Notes under the pieces: model-generated | The model's database searches: none | The model's input: the letters and a program-made list of their open reading frames with translations, nothing else | What the model was told of the DNA's origin: nothing | Program-made: the position numbers and the translations under genes | Assembly (NCBI RefSeq): GCF_963921235.1 | Contig: NW_026948219.1 | Span: forward strand, 806,001-870,000 | Source: Mobula hypostoma | Taxonomy: Eukaryota | Length of the DNA: 64,000 nt | Direction of reading: 5' to 3' | Part shown: positions 62,720 through 64,000 of the stretch, one piece after another | Layout: every line of letters begins with the position of its first letter | How positions within the stretch are numbered: position 1 is the stretch's first letter

Positions 62720-64000
62720 TCATCCAGCTACAGCATGTAACCCTTCACATTAAGGAGTTGGAACTTGAAATGGATGAATTCTGGATCATCCAGGAGTTGG
62801 AGGGGGTGATAGATATGACATGAAGAGAGGTGAGTTACACCCAAGGTGCGGGACACAGGAAACTGGGTGAGAGTCGGGAAGGGGAATGAGGTTAAATAAC
62901 CATCGCAGAGTACTCTAGTTGCCATCCCACACAACAACAGGTGGATCCACTTTAGAAACTGTTGGGGGGATTACTGACAGAGGAAAGTCAAAGGGGTGAG
63001 AGGGGATTCGTTAGTGAAGGGAACAGAACAAGAGGGGACTAATATCCCAGTGGTGAGGCTCGCTAGTGCTAGTGTGGGGAGAGGGTGATGTGGTTAAAAT
63101 AAGTTGTAGGGGGAATGGGAGCCAGAATGACAGAACAGATAGTGGGGAGGGTGAATTGAATTGAATTGACTTTATTACATACATCCTTCATATACATGAG
63201 GAGTAGAAATCTTTACATTATGTCTCCATCTAAATGTGCAATGTGTAATTTATAGTCATTTGTAATAAATAGTTTGTACACAGGACAGTCAATATAACAT
63301 AGAAATGCAATTGTATCAGCATGAATTAATCAGTCTGATGGCCTGGTGGAAGATGATGTCCCGGAGCCTGTTGGTCCTTTTGCTGTGGTACCGTTTCCTG
63401 GATGGTAGCAGCAGGAACAGTTTGTGGTTGTGGTGAATTGGGTCCCCAATATCCTTTGGGCCCTTTTTACACACCTGTCTCTGTAAATGTCCTGAATAGT
63501 GGGAAGTTCACATCTACAGATGAGCTGGGCTGTCCACACCACTCTCTGCAGGTTCCTGTGATTAAGGGAAGTACAGTTCCCATACCAGGCAGTGATGCAG
63601 CCAGTCAGGATGCTCTCAGTTGTGTCCCTGTAGAAAGTTATTAGGACTTGGGGCCCCATCCCAAACTTCTTCAACCATCTGAGGTGAAAGAGGTGCTGCT
63701 GTGCTCTTTTCACAACACAGCCGGTATGTACAGACCATGTGAGATCCTCGGTGATGTTTATGCTGAGGAACTTAAAGCTGTTCACCCTCTCAACCCCAGA
63801 TCCATTGATGTCAATAGGGGTTAGCCTGTCTCCATTCCTCCTGTCGTCCACAGTCAGCTCCTTTGGTTTTGTGACAATGAGGGAGAGTTTGTTTTCTTGA
63901 CACCAGTCAGATGTTGTTCAGACCTCAGACAGAGTCAGCAATCAAATGGTTGAGCATGGAGCGATGAATGTGCTGAGCTGTGTATATCACAATGCAAGAA
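62720..64000 (-). repeat. Inverted segmental duplicate of 36521-37810 (CR1 ORF1 scrap plus Rex1-like 3' end)
   Basis: ORFs 36670-37191 and 63330-63851 are both 173 aa with 8 differences; window position 64000 maps to 36521. Confidence 0.92.

Overview
Repeat-dense vertebrate genomic DNA, most likely from a cartilaginous fish such as a ray (inferred from the CR1/Penelope/Rex1/L1 repeat mix and the MAHQRVHTG-initiated zinc-finger ORFs). The left third holds dispersed tRNA genes: Ser-GCT, an intron-containing Arg-TCG, Glu-CTC and a Ser-TGA pseudogene. These lie among CR1, Rex1-like, Penelope (with hammerhead-ribozyme motifs), L1 and Harbinger remnants. The centre has a minus-strand C2H2 zinc-finger exon split by a ~1.42-kb tandem duplication into two ORFs (15 and 24 fingers). 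A decayed class I endogenous retrovirus sits in its putative intron: tRNA-Ser(CGA) PBS, gag, pro, a 2H-phosphoesterase-like domain, RT deleted, RNase H, IN and env. The most striking feature is a 7.3-kb array of 94 x 78-bp units at 54955-62288. Each unit is the U5 end, tRNA-Ser primer-binding site and leader of that same ERV family. The array lies in an inverted duplicate of the ZNF intron, directly beside a CpG-rich promoter-like region. Its long 26-aa-repeat ORFs are judged spurious.
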